In this document: in pieces, positions 19,704-30,216 of the stretch | How positions within the stretch are numbered: position 1 is the first letter of the stretch | How the letters are laid out: each line of letters begins with the position of its first letter | DNA from: an uncultured bacterium | Lineage (GTDB): Bacteria > Chloroflexota > Anaerolineae > Anaerolineales > E44-bin32 | Reading direction: 5' to 3' | Assembly: GCA_965364895.1 (NCBI GenBank) | Contig: CBDTZL010000003.1 | Span: 1 to 34,262, forward strand | Length of the DNA stretch: 34,262 nt | Position numbers and translations under genes: made by a program | The notes under the pieces: generated by a model | The model's database searches: none | The model's input: the letters and a program-made list of their open reading frames with translations, nothing else | Told to the model about the DNA's origin: nothing

Positions 19704-22172
19704 CTATTTCTTCTGCTCCTTGCTGGTCCTATCCTTCTTTGGATCGTTGGCGCTTTCTTCGTCCTCTGATGCTCCATTGCCATCCTCAGCATCCGCAAAT
19801 TTCTTCAAGCGTGCCTGCACTTTGCCGTTGATTGTGTCCTCCGGATAATTCCCCTCATCGTCCAGTTCGCCAGCCGACATATCGGTCAGCAGCTCGATGC
19901 CTTGATCGATGGATTCAATCGAATAGACGTGAAATTTGCCTTCTGATACGGCTTGAACGACATCGTCTCTCAGCATGAGGTGCTGCACGTTCGAATCTGG
20001 GATCAGCACTCCTTGATCACCAGTCAGGCCGCGGGTGTCGCAAATGTCAAAGAAGCCCTCGATCTTTTCGTTGACTCCGCCAATGGCCTGCACTCGGCCA
20101 AACTGGTTGACGGAACCAGTCACCGCAAGCGATTGTTTTACAGGCACTTCCGCGATTGAAGAGAGCAGAGCGTAGAGCTCGGCAGAGGAAGCGCTGTCGC
20201 CTTCCACCCCGCCGTAAGACTGCTCAAATACCAGGCTGGCAGTTAGTGAGAGCTGGCGCTCCGGCGAGTAGCGGGAGCCGAGGAACGAACTCAGGATCAG
20301 CACACCTTTCGAATGGATTGGCCCACCTAAGTCGACTTCCCGTTCGATGTCGAGAACTTCGCCTTTCCCGACCCTCACCCGCGCGGTGATGCGGCTCGGC
20401 CGACCGAATGCAAAGTCCCCAAATTGGTACACGGAGAGCCCATTCACCTGGCCGGTTTGTTTGCCGTCGGTATCGATCAAAATGGTTTCGCGATAGATCT
20501 GCTCCTGTGTGCGCTCCTTGATCCTGTCGGAACGGAATATTTCCTCATCGATCGCTTTGGAGACGTCCTCACTGGTCATCACATCACGATCGGCCTTCCC
20601 CGCCCAATAATCTGCTTCCCGCATCAGATCCGTTATGTGGTTCATTTGGATAGACAGCTTCCTGCCATCCTCGATAATTCTTGAGCTGTGTTCGATGATG
20701 CGAGCTACGCCTCCCGGGTCCAGCGGACGCAATCCGTGCACAGTAGCCAGGCTGCCAATTAGCCGAGCGTATAGCATCTGAGATTCTGAGTCACGATCCA
20801 TCTGGTCGTCAAAGTCCGAAGCCACCCGAAAGAGTTCGCGGGATTCCGGATCGTTCTCCATGAGCAGATAGTAGAGCATCGGATCCCCCAGTAGAGCGAC
20901 TTTTAGATTCAATGGAATCGGTTCGGGATCCAGAGTGACGGTGCTGATAAAACTCTGGACCTGCCCGGGGGTTTCCATCCTGAGCTGCTCTGATCGCAAG
21001 GCCCGCTTCAGGCCTTCCCACGCAAACGGCTCTTGCAACAGCCTGCGAGCGTCCAAGATCAGATATCCGCCATTAGCCCTATGCAGAGCGCCGGGCTTGA
21101 TCAGACTGAAATCTGTAATCAGTGCGCCCATCTGAGCCGTATGTTCGATCCGCCCAAGCAAATTCTGAAAAGTGGGGTTGTCTTCGTAAACCACTGGCGC
21201 ACTCTCAGAAGACCCGTGATCAACAAGCAAATTGACCTGGTAGCGTTGCAAAGCGGACCGTGCGTTGAGAGCCGCAAGTGGTCCGCGGGGGGGAGTCGGG
21301 TCTGAAGTCTGGGCAGTGTCGCCCTCATCGATGATCTGCCGTACATGCTTGACAACGTCAAGCTGAACGGCCTCCAGATGCTCTACGATTGCTGGCAGTT
21401 CCGCGTAGTCCTTTAGCAACTGCCGGATCAATCCTCCAACTGCGATATCTGCCATCTCGCGATTCAGGCTCGTGACCTGCTCCCTGAGCTCTCTCTGCCA
21501 GCCTGGGAGGTTCACGAGCATCGCCTCGAGTTCCTCCTGCATGTCCGCAATGTCTTTTTCAAGAGCCTCGCGTTGCCCCTGCGGCAATCCCTGGAACTCC
21601 TCTGGCGAAATCACCTCACCGTCCCGAACCGGGGCAATCGCCAGCCCGCCTGGAGTCCGCAACACTGCCAGTTCCTTTTTCTCTGCGCGTGTCCGAAGTT
21701 CTTCAAGGGCAGTTTCCTGCCGCTCATTGAGAGCTTCCTGGATCTCTTGCAAGCGGCTTCGGTATTCCTCGCTTTCAAAAGTCACGGGGAGCGCACTTTG
21801 CAGGTCTTCCACAAACTGTTCCATGTCGTGTTTGAATTCGATGCCCTTCCCTGCAGGCAACTCGAGGGCTCTCGGCTTGTTAGACCGTTCGAAATCCTGC
21901 ACATAGCACCAGTCCGACGGAACCTGCTCGCTGTCTGCTACAGCCTCGAATGTCTTCCGAACGAGGTTGCCTTTGCCTATTCCCTCCGGGCCGAAGGCAA
22001 AGATGTTGTAACCCTTCTGGCGAATCCCAACGCCAAATTCCAGGGCGCCAATGGCTCGGGGCTGACCGATGAAGGCCGTCAGGTGTTCGAGATCTTCGGT
22101 CGTTTTGAATTCAAATTGAGCTGGATCGCAGCGCTGACACAGCTGCGCGGGGTCCAGGGCTTTAACTGGCAT
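19704..22172 (-). CDS. Lon-family protease, LonC/YcbZ-like
   Basis: IGQPRA, P-loop GPEGIGKG, coiled-coil insert, IKPGALHRANGGYLILDA, Ser-Lys dyad EGDSASSAE...GGVNEKIEGF. GGAGG RBS. Confidence 0.88.
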   Translation of the reverse strand: MPVKALDPAQLCQRCDPAQFEFKTTEDLEHLTAFIGQPRAIGALEFGVGIRQKGYNIFAFGPEGIGKGNLVRKTFEAVADSEQVPSDWCYVQDFERSNKPRALELPAGKGIEFKHDMEQFVEDLQSALPVTFESEEYRSRLQEIQEALNERQETALEELRTRAEKKELAVLRTPGGLAIAPVRDGEVISPEEFQGLPQGQREALEKDIADMQEELEAMLVNLPGWQRELREQVTSLNREMADIAVGGLIRQLLKDYAELPAIVEHLEAVQLDVVKHVRQIIDEGDTAQTSDPTPPRGPLAALNARSALQRYQVNLLVDHGSSESAPVVYEDNPTFQNLLGRIEHTAQMGALITDFSLIKPGALHRANGGYLILDARRLLQEPFAWEGLKRALRSEQLRMETPGQVQSFISTVTLDPEPIPLNLKVALLGDPMLYYLLMENDPESRELFRVASDFDDQMDRDSESQMLYARLIGSLATVHGLRPLDPGGVARIIEHSSRIIEDGRKLSIQMNHITDLMREADYWAGKADRDVMTSEDVSKAIDEEIFRSDRIKERTQEQIYRETILIDTDGKQTGQVNGLSVYQFGDFAFGRPSRITARVRVGKGEVLDIEREVDLGGPIHSKGVLILSSFLGSRYSPERQLSLTASLVFEQSYGGVEGDSASSAELYALLSSIAEVPVKQSLAVTGSVNQFGRVQAIGGVNEKIEGFFDICDTRGLTGDQGVLIPDSNVQHLMLRDDVVQAVSEGKFHVYSIESIDQGIELLTDMSAGELDDEGNYPEDTINGKVQARLKKFADAEDGNGASEDEESANDPKKDRTSKEQKK

Positions 22173-22270
22173 TGCGCCTCCAAATTGGTGGGAAAGAGTA
22201 CAGGAATTCTAAGACATACCTGGCGGGGTTGGGGGGAGGCTATCTTCCCGGAGAGGCTAGGGTGCGGCGT

Positions 22271-22322
22271 TTGCGACCGATAGACGCGCAGGTGAACGCT
22301 TTGTGGGTTCGGTGACTAAGGT
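22271..22322 (-). repeat. Degenerate direct copy of the 3' end of rpoD
   Basis: Aligns to 22330-22379 at 38/50 identity with one 2-nt indel (hand alignment). Confidence 0.7.
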
Positions 22323-22329
22323 CTGGAAT

Positions 22330-23862
22330 TTATGACAGATAGTCGCGGAGGTGACGGCTGCGAGTTGGGTGACGAAGCTTGCGCAGAGCCTTGGCTTCGA
22401 TCTGCCGAATGCGCTCCCGCGTAACCTGGAAATACTGACCGACTTCTTCTAGAGTGTAGTCCTTGCCATCCTGCAAACCGAAGCGCATTTCCAGGACCTG
22501 ACGCTCCCTTTCTGTAAGGACGGAGAGCGCGTTCTGAACCTGTTCTTTAAGAAGCGACTTTGCGGCTTCATCCACCGGCTCAGGCATGCTTTCATCCTCA
22601 ATAAAATCTGCAAGCTGGCTCGAATCTTCGGACCCGACCGGCGTTTCGAGCGACATTGGCTCCTGCGCAATGCGGATGATCTTTCGAACCTTATCGGCAC
22701 CGCGTCTCAATTTTCGCTCCATGGCAGGGTCAAGAGGCTCTTCGGCCGAGTATGCCTGCCGAATTGCGGCGACATCTTCGGGCTCGAGCACATCAAGTTC
22801 CAGCGCGAGCTCCTCCGATGTAGGTTCCCTTCCCAGTTCCTGCACCATTCTTCGTTGTATTCGCATAAGCCGGTTGATTGTCTCAACCATATGGACCGGG
22901 ATGCGAATCGTGCGCGCCTGATCGGCGATGGCACGGCTGATTGCCTGTCGAATCCACCACGTGGCATAGGTGCTGAATTTGTATCCCTTCGCGGGGTCGA
23001 ACTTTTCGACCGCTCGCAGCAAACCAATGTTGCCCTCTTGGATTAGATCAAGAAAGGCAATGCCTCTCCCCATGTAACGCTTGGCGACGCTCACCACCAG
23101 CCTGAGATTGGCTCGGATCAACGCCTTTTGTGCTTCGTCCGCAAGCGCTACCAGGTCCTCATGCTCTGCTTTCAGCGCATCTGTCTCTGGCAGCCAGCGC
23201 TTATAGGTTTGCTTGCTGGGAAGGCCTTTGACTTTCGCAAGCCGCGTCTGCAGCTTCTCTTGAAGCTCTCTAGGCATAGCGTACAAGCCCTGCATGGCTT
23301 CGAGCCCGGTTCGTGCAACTCCTTCCCACGCTGGATCGGTGCCCCATAGGCCATTGTTCAGCCAGCCTCGAATATACGAAGATTCCTCTCCGTACCAGGT
23401 TTCCCTCAAGCGAATTGATTCCTCGAGCACGGATGATAGATCCGGCGCAGCTTCCTTCATGCGCTTTGCGTCCTCAAGCAGGCGTTTCCAGGACGTTCGA
23501 AGGTCATCGAATAAGGCCAGGTGCGCCTCATATAGCGAGTCGTTGCCCTCCTTCTTTCCGCGCCCTTCTTGCAAACCATCCATTCGAATCAGAGCTGCCA
23601 TGCGAACCGCCAGCCAGAGTTCCTGATCTGATTTCAGCAACTTAACTCTGCCGATTTCCTTGAGGTATAGCCGTACGGGGTCATCGCCGCCGTCGATCGG
23701 CATAGAGAGCGGCCCCGTCTCTGGCATATCGGCCAGCACCTTTTTGTCCTTGTCCTTCTTGTCCCCGTTGAAATCAGGCTCGACATCCACCTTCTTGCCC
23801 TCAACCACGTCAACCGGTTCTTGAGCTAGATCGTTGGAATTCGAGTTCTTTGACTTTGCCAT
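22330..23862 (-). CDS. rpoD: Primary RNA polymerase sigma-70 factor
   Basis: [12 protein letters not shown] (1.2), [54 protein letters not shown]...[20 protein letters not shown]. Directly downstream of dnaG. Confidence 0.96.
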   Translation of the reverse strand: MAKSKNSNSNDLAQEPVDVVEGKKVDVEPDFNGDKKDKDKKVLADMPETGPLSMPIDGGDDPVRLYLKEIGRVKLLKSDQELWLAVRMAALIRMDGLQEGRGKKEGNDSLYEAHLALFDDLRTSWKRLLEDAKRMKEAAPDLSSVLEESIRLRETWYGEESSYIRGWLNNGLWGTDPAWEGVARTGLEAMQGLYAMPRELQEKLQTRLAKVKGLPSKQTYKRWLPETDALKAEHEDLVALADEAQKALIRANLRLVVSVAKRYMGRGIAFLDLIQEGNIGLLRAVEKFDPAKGYKFSTYATWWIRQAISRAIADQARTIRIPVHMVETINRLMRIQRRMVQELGREPTSEELALELDVLEPEDVAAIRQAYSAEEPLDPAMERKLRRGADKVRKIIRIAQEPMSLETPVGSEDSSQLADFIEDESMPEPVDEAAKSLLKEQVQNALSVLTERERQVLEMRFGLQDGKDYTLEEVGQYFQVTRERIRQIEAKALRKLRHPTRSRHLRDYLS

Positions 23863-23868
23863 AGGCTT

Positions 23869-25749
23869 CTACTTCCGCCCTGAAAGGGCTGTGTCGAGCC
23901 GCCGTTTCTGCGTAATTAGGTGCTGAGCCTGCTGGGCCAAACCGACCATCTGCTGCGGCTCTGACTCCAGCTCCTGGGCAGACTGCTGCTGAAAGCTAAG
24001 TTGTTCTAACATCCCTTCGACTCGTCGCATGCGCAGGCGCAAAAAATCGGACGATATTGCATCCACTACTTTCGGGCGGGCGAAGTCTACTGCTTCTGCC
24101 TTACTGGCGAAAGCAACCGCCTTATCGAGCGCTGTTCCGTCCAGCAAGGCCTTCCAGCGGTCGGTAGGTTCCTCATCTACCTGACCCAAAGATGATTGCA
24201 CTGCCTTGAAGATCACCTGAGATTCGGTGCCTGTGAAATCCTGATCTGACAATCCTTCCAGCTCCAGAGCATGCAGCTGTCCGTCAATCCAGAAGGTGAG
24301 CTCTGGATCAATCAAGAGCAATCCCAGGCAAAAGCCCTCTGTGGCCGACTGGTTAGCCTTTCGAATGTCGGGAGCTTCGGGAATCGCTTGAGCGCTCCCA
24401 GCCGTTTTGGCTCGAGTCTTCCCTGTCGGGCGCCAACCCATCAGTGCTCGCTCATCCACTTTCAGGCGTCGTGCCAGCCCCTGTCGATACGATTCTCTCT
24501 CCACCGGATCGGACACATCTTCTATAAGAGGTAGCACCCGCCTTGCGATGGCGGCCTTGTCTTTCGCATCTTGCAAATCGCTCGATTCGATCAAAACATC
24601 CATCACATACTCAACCACCGGCGTTGCAGTTCGAAGCAAATCATTCCACGCTTCAGGATCCTCGAGCGCGACTTCATCCGGATCCTTCTCATCCGGCAGG
24701 CTGACGATCCGAATCTCCGCATCCAGGCGGCCTTCATATCGCACGAGGCCTCTTGCATCAAAGACGGGATCCGGTTCGCGATCGAGTGCTTCCCGGGCGA
24801 CGTCGAGTCCACGCAAGGTGGCTTGATCGCCAGCAGCATCGGCATCGAGCGCCAGGACAATGTTGCGGCTGAAACGCTTTATCGTGCGCAGTTGATCCGG
24901 GGTCAGGGCCGTTCCCATGGGTGAGACGGCGTTCCCGTACCCGGCCTGGTGCAGGGCGATCACGTCCAAATACCCTTCCACCACAACCGCCTGATCCGCA
25001 GCTCGAATGGCCTTGCGAGCCATATCTAGACCGTACAGAATTCGCCCCTTGTCGAATAAGGCCGTTTGGGGAGAGTTAATAAATTTAGGTTCGTCTTTTG
25101 GATTGAAAACGCGCGCACCGAAGCCTGCCATCTGACCGCGCGCGTCTCGAATGGGGAAGATGATCCGGTTGCGAAAGCGGTCGTAAGATCCTGCGCCTTC
25201 CCGCTCAACAATCAGTCCTGCCTCAAGCAGCTCCGACTGCTCATGCCCCTTCTCGAGCAAGAAAGTCTGAAGCGCGTCCCAGGAATCCAGGGCATATCCA
25301 ATCCCGAAACTCTCCAGCGTCTCCGCTGTCAGCCCGCGGCCGAATAAATAATCCAGGACCGGCTGGTTGTGTTGGAGGTGATTGCGGTAGAAGGTAACTG
25401 CGGATTCGAGAAGTACACGCAGCCCCTTTTGCGCTTCGTCCTGTGCTTCTTGTTGGGGGTTTCGTGGCCGGAGTTCGACTCCCGCTCGCTTAGCTAGATG
25501 CTCAAGGGCCTGAGGGAAATCCCAGCCTTCTTGCTTCATCACAAACTTATATACATCCCCACCCTCGCTGCAGGCTCCGAAACAGCGCCAGGTTCCTGTG
25601 TCAGGAAACACTACGAAAGCTGGCGTCCGAGTGTTGGCGTGGAAGGGACAGAAACCGGTGAAGTTTTTTCCAGATTTCCTTAGCTGAACCGATTCGCCAA
25701 TCACCTCGGCGATGTCGATCCGCTCCTTAATTTCTTCTACTTCATTCAT
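23869..25749 (-). CDS. dnaG: DNA primase
   Basis: CPFH...WRCFGAC zinc finger, DRFRNRIIFPI, KFINSPQT, TOPRIM VEGYLDV and LDADAAG. Confidence 0.97.
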   Translation of the reverse strand: MNEVEEIKERIDIAEVIGESVQLRKSGKNFTGFCPFHANTRTPAFVVFPDTGTWRCFGACSEGGDVYKFVMKQEGWDFPQALEHLAKRAGVELRPRNPQQEAQDEAQKGLRVLLESAVTFYRNHLQHNQPVLDYLFGRGLTAETLESFGIGYALDSWDALQTFLLEKGHEQSELLEAGLIVEREGAGSYDRFRNRIIFPIRDARGQMAGFGARVFNPKDEPKFINSPQTALFDKGRILYGLDMARKAIRAADQAVVVEGYLDVIALHQAGYGNAVSPMGTALTPDQLRTIKRFSRNIVLALDADAAGDQATLRGLDVAREALDREPDPVFDARGLVRYEGRLDAEIRIVSLPDEKDPDEVALEDPEAWNDLLRTATPVVEYVMDVLIESSDLQDAKDKAAIARRVLPLIEDVSDPVERESYRQGLARRLKVDERALMGWRPTGKTRAKTAGSAQAIPEAPDIRKANQSATEGFCLGLLLIDPELTFWIDGQLHALELEGLSDQDFTGTESQVIFKAVQSSLGQVDEEPTDRWKALLDGTALDKAVAFASKAEAVDFARPKVVDAISSDFLRLRMRRVEGMLEQLSFQQQSAQELESEPQQMVGLAQQAQHLITQKRRLDTALSGRK

Positions 25750-25883
25750 CTAGTTTTAGCGGGTATTCGAAATGTGCAACGAAAGTCGGGCCCGTATGGG
25801 GCTGCAATGATAACTACGTTTGAGTTGCCCTGCAGGATTAATTGCTAGTACCTTCTTCCTTCCACTCAAACAGCAAGCTCACT

Positions 25884-25906
25884 TGTGGCGTTGTTGATGC
25901 GCCACA
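25884..25906 (-). terminator. Hairpin just downstream of glyQS (possible terminator or processing stem)
   Basis: 7-bp perfect stem TGTGGCG/CGCCACA with a 9-nt loop, 5 nt after the stop. No U-tract. Confidence 0.3.
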
Positions 25907-25911
25907 TCGAC

Positions 25912-28900
25912 TTAAAAATCTTCCAGCTTAGAAAGATCCGCCACACCCTCGGCAAGCCGTACCACCCGCTGCAGCAAGCCCAAGCGGTTTTCTCGCAGCG
26001 ACTGATCCTCCGCCATGACCATGACTTCCTCAAAGAAGCGATCGATGGTCGGGAGTACTGGCTCGAACGCGGTGAGAAACCCATCCACCGAACCTGGCTC
26101 TCGATCCGCGTTTTCAGCTGTCTGCAGCGCTTCATACAGATCGCGAGTCGATGTCTCCTCGAGCTTTTTATCGTCGAATGGATAGACCTGCTCAAGATCG
26201 CGGGTAATTCGAGCGCAACGAGAGTAGGCCTGCAGCATTGCAATCCAGCTTTCGCGTGAGATCCACTGCTTCAGCTCGTCGGCCGCCCTTGCCGCGCGTA
26301 CAGGATCGCTTCCCTGTTCTTCTAGCACCGCCGCCACAACATCGTGCGCAAAGCCTTGATCCAGCAAGAGCTGCTGCTGGCGTCGAACGATAAAGGCCAA
26401 GCAGTTGTTGAGCGCCTCGGCCTCTCCTTTACGATCATAGCCATCCCATGCCCAGGAAAGGGCCGCATTCAGATCGAGGCTGAGGTCCTTCCCGACCAGT
26501 ATTTGCACCAATCCCACGGCGCTTCGGCGCAGCCCAAATGGATCCCGCGTGCCTGTAGGTTGGATCCCAACTGAAAAGAGACCTATCAGAGAATCCAATC
26601 GATCTGCCAAACCGAGTGCGGTTCCTGGATCGGCGGTGGGCAATTCATCGCCCGAAGCCCGCGGGAGATAGTGCTCGAAGATCGCCTGTGCCACGCTCTC
26701 CGTCTCGCCTGATTTCTCGGCATAGTACCTCCCCATGGCTCCTTGCAAAGAGGTCATGTCCACCACCATCAAGGTAGCCAAATCTGCCTTGCACAGCTGA
26801 GCTGCGCGGACTGCGGATTGTCCATCCTTCTCGGAAAGGTTGAAGTGGCCAGCCAGCGTCGCGGTCAGCCCTTCCAGCCGGTGAGTTTTGTCCAGCATGG
26901 ACCCGAGGTCCGTTTGAAACGTCAACTTGTCGAGCTTGCTGACAAAGCCTTCAAGCGATTGCTCCAGATCGCGAGCTACAAAGTATTTGGCATCCGCAAA
27001 ACGGGCTCGGATGACCTGTTCGTTCCCTCTGATTACAGCCTCCGTCGAGTCGCGACGGCCATTCGACACTACGATGAAATTCGGAAGCAAACGATCCTTC
27101 GACTCAACTGGGAAGTAGCGCTGATGCTTTTTCATTACCGCGATAAGCACGTCAGACGGGAGATCCAGATAGTCCTCATCATAGGTCCCCAGCAGCGCCT
27201 GAGGCGCCTCGACCAGATTCGCAACCTCCTGAAGTAAATCGGCATCATGTGAAACGTTGCCAGAGACTTCGTTGGACAGCTCCCCGATCTGATTCTGGAT
27301 TTCTGAACGCCTGAGCTCCGGATCGGTGATGATTTCTTGCGATTCAAGCATTTCCAAAAATGAGTTCGCATCATGAATCTTGAGCTCCGGCTTGCCTGCG
27401 CCTCGCAGACCACGCCCGGATCGGCCGCTCTGCAGGCCGGCATACTCGAAGGATACGAGGTGCTCACCGTGTAGGGCGAGCAGCCAGCGGATTGGCCGGG
27501 AAAAAGTCGTGCCCGAGCTTTCCCAGCGCATGGACTTGTCAAACCGCAGTCCGGCGATCACTCGTGGGAGCGCTTCAGAGAGTACGTGCCGGGCTGGGCC
27601 AGTACCTTCGCTAACCTGCGCCACTGCATAGATGCCGCCATCCATTTCTTGTTTTTCCAATGCTTCGACCTCAACGCCTGCGCTGCTCGCAAAACCGGTG
27701 CCAGCTGGAGTCGGCTTGCCATCAGTGTCAAATGCCTTGTCCCACGGCGGCCCCTTGACAAGGCGCTCGCTGCCTGACTGTTGAGGCGCAAGATCCTCTA
27801 CCAGCGCAATCAGGCGGCGGGGCGTACCGATGATCCGAATCGGACCGTGCTCGAGGGGGGCCTCGGTGAGCATGGCCTCGATCGAACTCTCGAGTTGCTC
27901 CAATGCGGACGTCAGGTCTGAATCCGGAAGTTCCTCCGTACCTATCTCCAGCAGGAATGTCGCTGGCTGGTCCGGCCCAGAATCCGCATCGGCGGCAACG
28001 CTCGCGGGCCGATCGTTACTGGAACTCGCATTGCTTTCTTCAGAAGACTCCGATTCCAACCAGGGAAACCCAGCTTGTTCTCGTTCCTGCAGATATGATT
28101 CGGCGATCTGGCGCGAAATACGACGCATTCTTCCGAAGTAACTGGCTCTCTCGGTCACGCCAACTGCGCCACGTGTGTCTAACACGTTGAAGGTATGCGA
28201 GCACTTCAATAGCTGGTCATACGCAGGCAGCGTTAGGCCGGCCTCGAGGGCACGTACGGCCTCCGCCTCGTATCCGTCAAACATCTGGCGGAGCTGCGCT
28301 ACGTCGGCCAGTTCAAAATAGTATTTGCTGTGCTGCTGCTCGGCCGCCAAGTTGAGGTCCCCGTAGGTTCTCCGATCGTCCCAGCGGATATCGCCAAAGT
28401 GGGTTACACCTTGAATGGCCATGAGGATTCGCTCCAGGCCATAAGTCAACTCTACTGAGACCGGATCCAGAATCTGGCTGCCAGCCTGCTGGAAGTAGGT
28501 AAACTGGGTAATCTCGAGGCCATCCAACCAAACCTCCCAGCCGAGCCCCCAGGCGCCCAAGGCAGGTTGCTCCCAGTTGTCTTCCACAAATCGAATGTCG
28601 TGCTGCAGTCGATCGATGCCGAGCGCCTCGAGTGACTGAAGATACAGTTCCTGTGGATCGCCGGGCTCCGGCTTGAGGATCACCTGGTACTGGTAGTGGA
28701 GGCCCATCCGATTTGGATTCTCTCCATAGCGGGCATCATCTGGTCGGACAGAGGGTTCGACATACGCGACCCGCCAAGGCTCTGGGCCCAGGACGCGCAA
28801 AAAAGTTGCCGGGTTCATTGTGCCGGCTCCGACCTGGAGGTAGTAGGGCTCCCAAATAAGACAGCCCTGGTCGGCCCAAAAACGGTCGAGTGCGAAAATT

Positions 28901-28920
28901 GCTTCTTGAAAAGTCAGCAT
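25912..28920 (-). CDS. glyQS: Glycine-tRNA ligase, fused alpha+beta subunits
   Basis: Alpha: [42 protein letters not shown]. Ser-rich linker. Beta: [42 protein letters not shown]. Confidence 0.96.
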   Translation of the reverse strand: MLTFQEAIFALDRFWADQGCLIWEPYYLQVGAGTMNPATFLRVLGPEPWRVAYVEPSVRPDDARYGENPNRMGLHYQYQVILKPEPGDPQELYLQSLEALGIDRLQHDIRFVEDNWEQPALGAWGLGWEVWLDGLEITQFTYFQQAGSQILDPVSVELTYGLERILMAIQGVTHFGDIRWDDRRTYGDLNLAAEQQHSKYYFELADVAQLRQMFDGYEAEAVRALEAGLTLPAYDQLLKCSHTFNVLDTRGAVGVTERASYFGRMRRISRQIAESYLQEREQAGFPWLESESSEESNASSSNDRPASVAADADSGPDQPATFLLEIGTEELPDSDLTSALEQLESSIEAMLTEAPLEHGPIRIIGTPRRLIALVEDLAPQQSGSERLVKGPPWDKAFDTDGKPTPAGTGFASSAGVEVEALEKQEMDGGIYAVAQVSEGTGPARHVLSEALPRVIAGLRFDKSMRWESSGTTFSRPIRWLLALHGEHLVSFEYAGLQSGRSGRGLRGAGKPELKIHDANSFLEMLESQEIITDPELRRSEIQNQIGELSNEVSGNVSHDADLLQEVANLVEAPQALLGTYDEDYLDLPSDVLIAVMKKHQRYFPVESKDRLLPNFIVVSNGRRDSTEAVIRGNEQVIRARFADAKYFVARDLEQSLEGFVSKLDKLTFQTDLGSMLDKTHRLEGLTATLAGHFNLSEKDGQSAVRAAQLCKADLATLMVVDMTSLQGAMGRYYAEKSGETESVAQAIFEHYLPRASGDELPTADPGTALGLADRLDSLIGLFSVGIQPTGTRDPFGLRRSAVGLVQILVGKDLSLDLNAALSWAWDGYDRKGEAEALNNCLAFIVRRQQQLLLDQGFAHDVVAAVLEEQGSDPVRAARAADELKQWISRESWIAMLQAYSRCARITRDLEQVYPFDDKKLEETSTRDLYEALQTAENADREPGSVDGFLTAFEPVLPTIDRFFEEVMVMAEDQSLRENRLGLLQRVVRLAEGVADLSKLEDF

Positions 28921-28948
28921 TGATTAGCCATTTGTGTCGCGCAGGGAG

Positions 28949-29749
28949 TCAGCTCAAATCGGAGCTTGAGAGTTCGTATCCCGCTTGCCGCACTTCCCTA
29001 ACCTGCCGCACGAAGGCTGGGACATGCAGATCGCGCTCAACCAGATGGTTGAGATAACTCTCCATCAGAGCCTCTACTTCAAGAGCCGCTGAGCCACTAA
29101 TTTGTGGCCGAGCGGCCTCTTCATACCCATGGCGCTGATAGTGACGCAGCACTTTGAGCGCCCCGAGTGAGAGCGGGCGTGCGAAGGGATTTTTGGGGCC
29201 GCAGTTGGGGCACAACAGGCCACCTTCAGCTGCTGCGAAGAACTGATCCTGCGGCTGTGCTTCATCCGAGCAGTTGACACATCTGTGTAACTCAGGTCGG
29301 TAGCCGGAGAGATCTAGGAGTCGGATCTGAAAATATCGAAGCGGCGCAGCAGTCTCGTCGTTCTGGTCGAGCCGCTCAAGGGTATTGGTTGTGAGATGGA
29401 AGAGAGCTTGTGACTCGGACTCTTCTACACCAAATCGATCCACCAGCTCAGCAACATAGGCTGCCTGACCGAGCCGATCCAGATCCTGCCTCAAGGTGGG
29501 ATACGCGTCAATCGTTTCCGCCTGCGTAATGATGTCTAGCTCGCGTCCCTTGGCAATCAACAGATTGCTGCGCGTGAGCGGCTCCAGGTGCCCGGCTTTC
29601 CGGGAGCTGGGCTTGCGAACCCCCTTAGCTACCGCCCGAAGTTTGCCGTAGTCCGGTGTGAAGATGGTAACGATCCGATCGGCCTCCCCCAGGTCCTGAC
29701 GGCGAAGGACGACCGAATCTGTTCGATAAAGTCGGCTACGATTCGACAC
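28949..29749 (-). CDS. recO: DNA repair protein RecO
   Basis: LGEADRIVTIFT, AVAKGVRKPSSRKAGHLE, CVNC...CPNC zinc finger. GTG 29749 preferred because the ATG at 29758 overlaps the -10 box. Confidence 0.93.
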   Translation of the reverse strand: MSNRSRLYRTDSVVLRRQDLGEADRIVTIFTPDYGKLRAVAKGVRKPSSRKAGHLEPLTRSNLLIAKGRELDIITQAETIDAYPTLRQDLDRLGQAAYVAELVDRFGVEESESQALFHLTTNTLERLDQNDETAAPLRYFQIRLLDLSGYRPELHRCVNCSDEAQPQDQFFAAAEGGLLCPNCGPKNPFARPLSLGALKVLRHYQRHGYEEAARPQISGSAALEVEALMESYLNHLVERDLHVPAFVRQVREVRQAGYELSSSDLS

Positions 29750-29756
29750 GCGCGGC

Positions 29757-29765
29757 ATTATACCA
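29757..29765 (-). promoter_or_regulatory. Extended -10 promoter (TGGTATAAT) for recO-glyQS
   Basis: Perfect TGn-TATAAT, 7 nt upstream of an in-frame GTG. Confidence 0.65.
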
Positions 29766-29805
29766 GCGCGGCCTTTTTGAGACTCTGGAGCGATATAGAG
29801 GGGGC

Positions 29806-30216
29806 TTACCGCCTGATTAAATCTTCGGGTCCAAAGGCGAGAGGATAGAGATCCTTGAGGTTCGCCTCCAGTCGGATTTCGTCGTCAGCATCGGTGGCCA
29901 CCACGAGTAGATCCATGCCGAATTCTGCAAGTACCTGGCGGCAGGCGCCGCATGGCTCGCCTCCATTTTCAGAGGCGATGACTATTGCACTGAAGGCTTT
30001 CTCCCCATTGGTAACTGCGCTGAAAACAGCACTCCGTTCTGCGCAAATGCCCGATGGATATGCCGCATTCTCTACATTGACACCCACAAATATTTTGCCC
30101 GAGCGGGTAAGTAGCGCCGCGCCTACCGGGTATTCCGAATAGGGAGCGTATGCTTGTTTGCGAGCCTCGCGGGCACGCTGAAAGAGCTCTTGCATTTTGG
30201 GATTATCAGGGTCCAT
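29806..30216 (-). CDS. cdd: Cytidine deaminase (homotetrameric type)
   Basis: AYAPYS, GVNVENAAY, ICAERSA, PCGACRQ. Start uncertain (30216 or 30228). Confidence 0.94.
   Translation of the reverse strand: MDPDNPKMQELFQRAREARKQAYAPYSEYPVGAALLTRSGKIFVGVNVENAAYPSGICAERSAVFSAVTNGEKAFSAIVIASENGGEPCGACRQVLAEFGMDLLVVATDADDEIRLEANLKDLYPLAFGPEDLIRR

Noticed and set aside
25858-25955. Further possible echoes after glyQS (also after cdd near 29771-29800 and usp near 18830-18863)
   Set aside because: Only patchy similarity needing several gaps; cannot be told from chance by eye.
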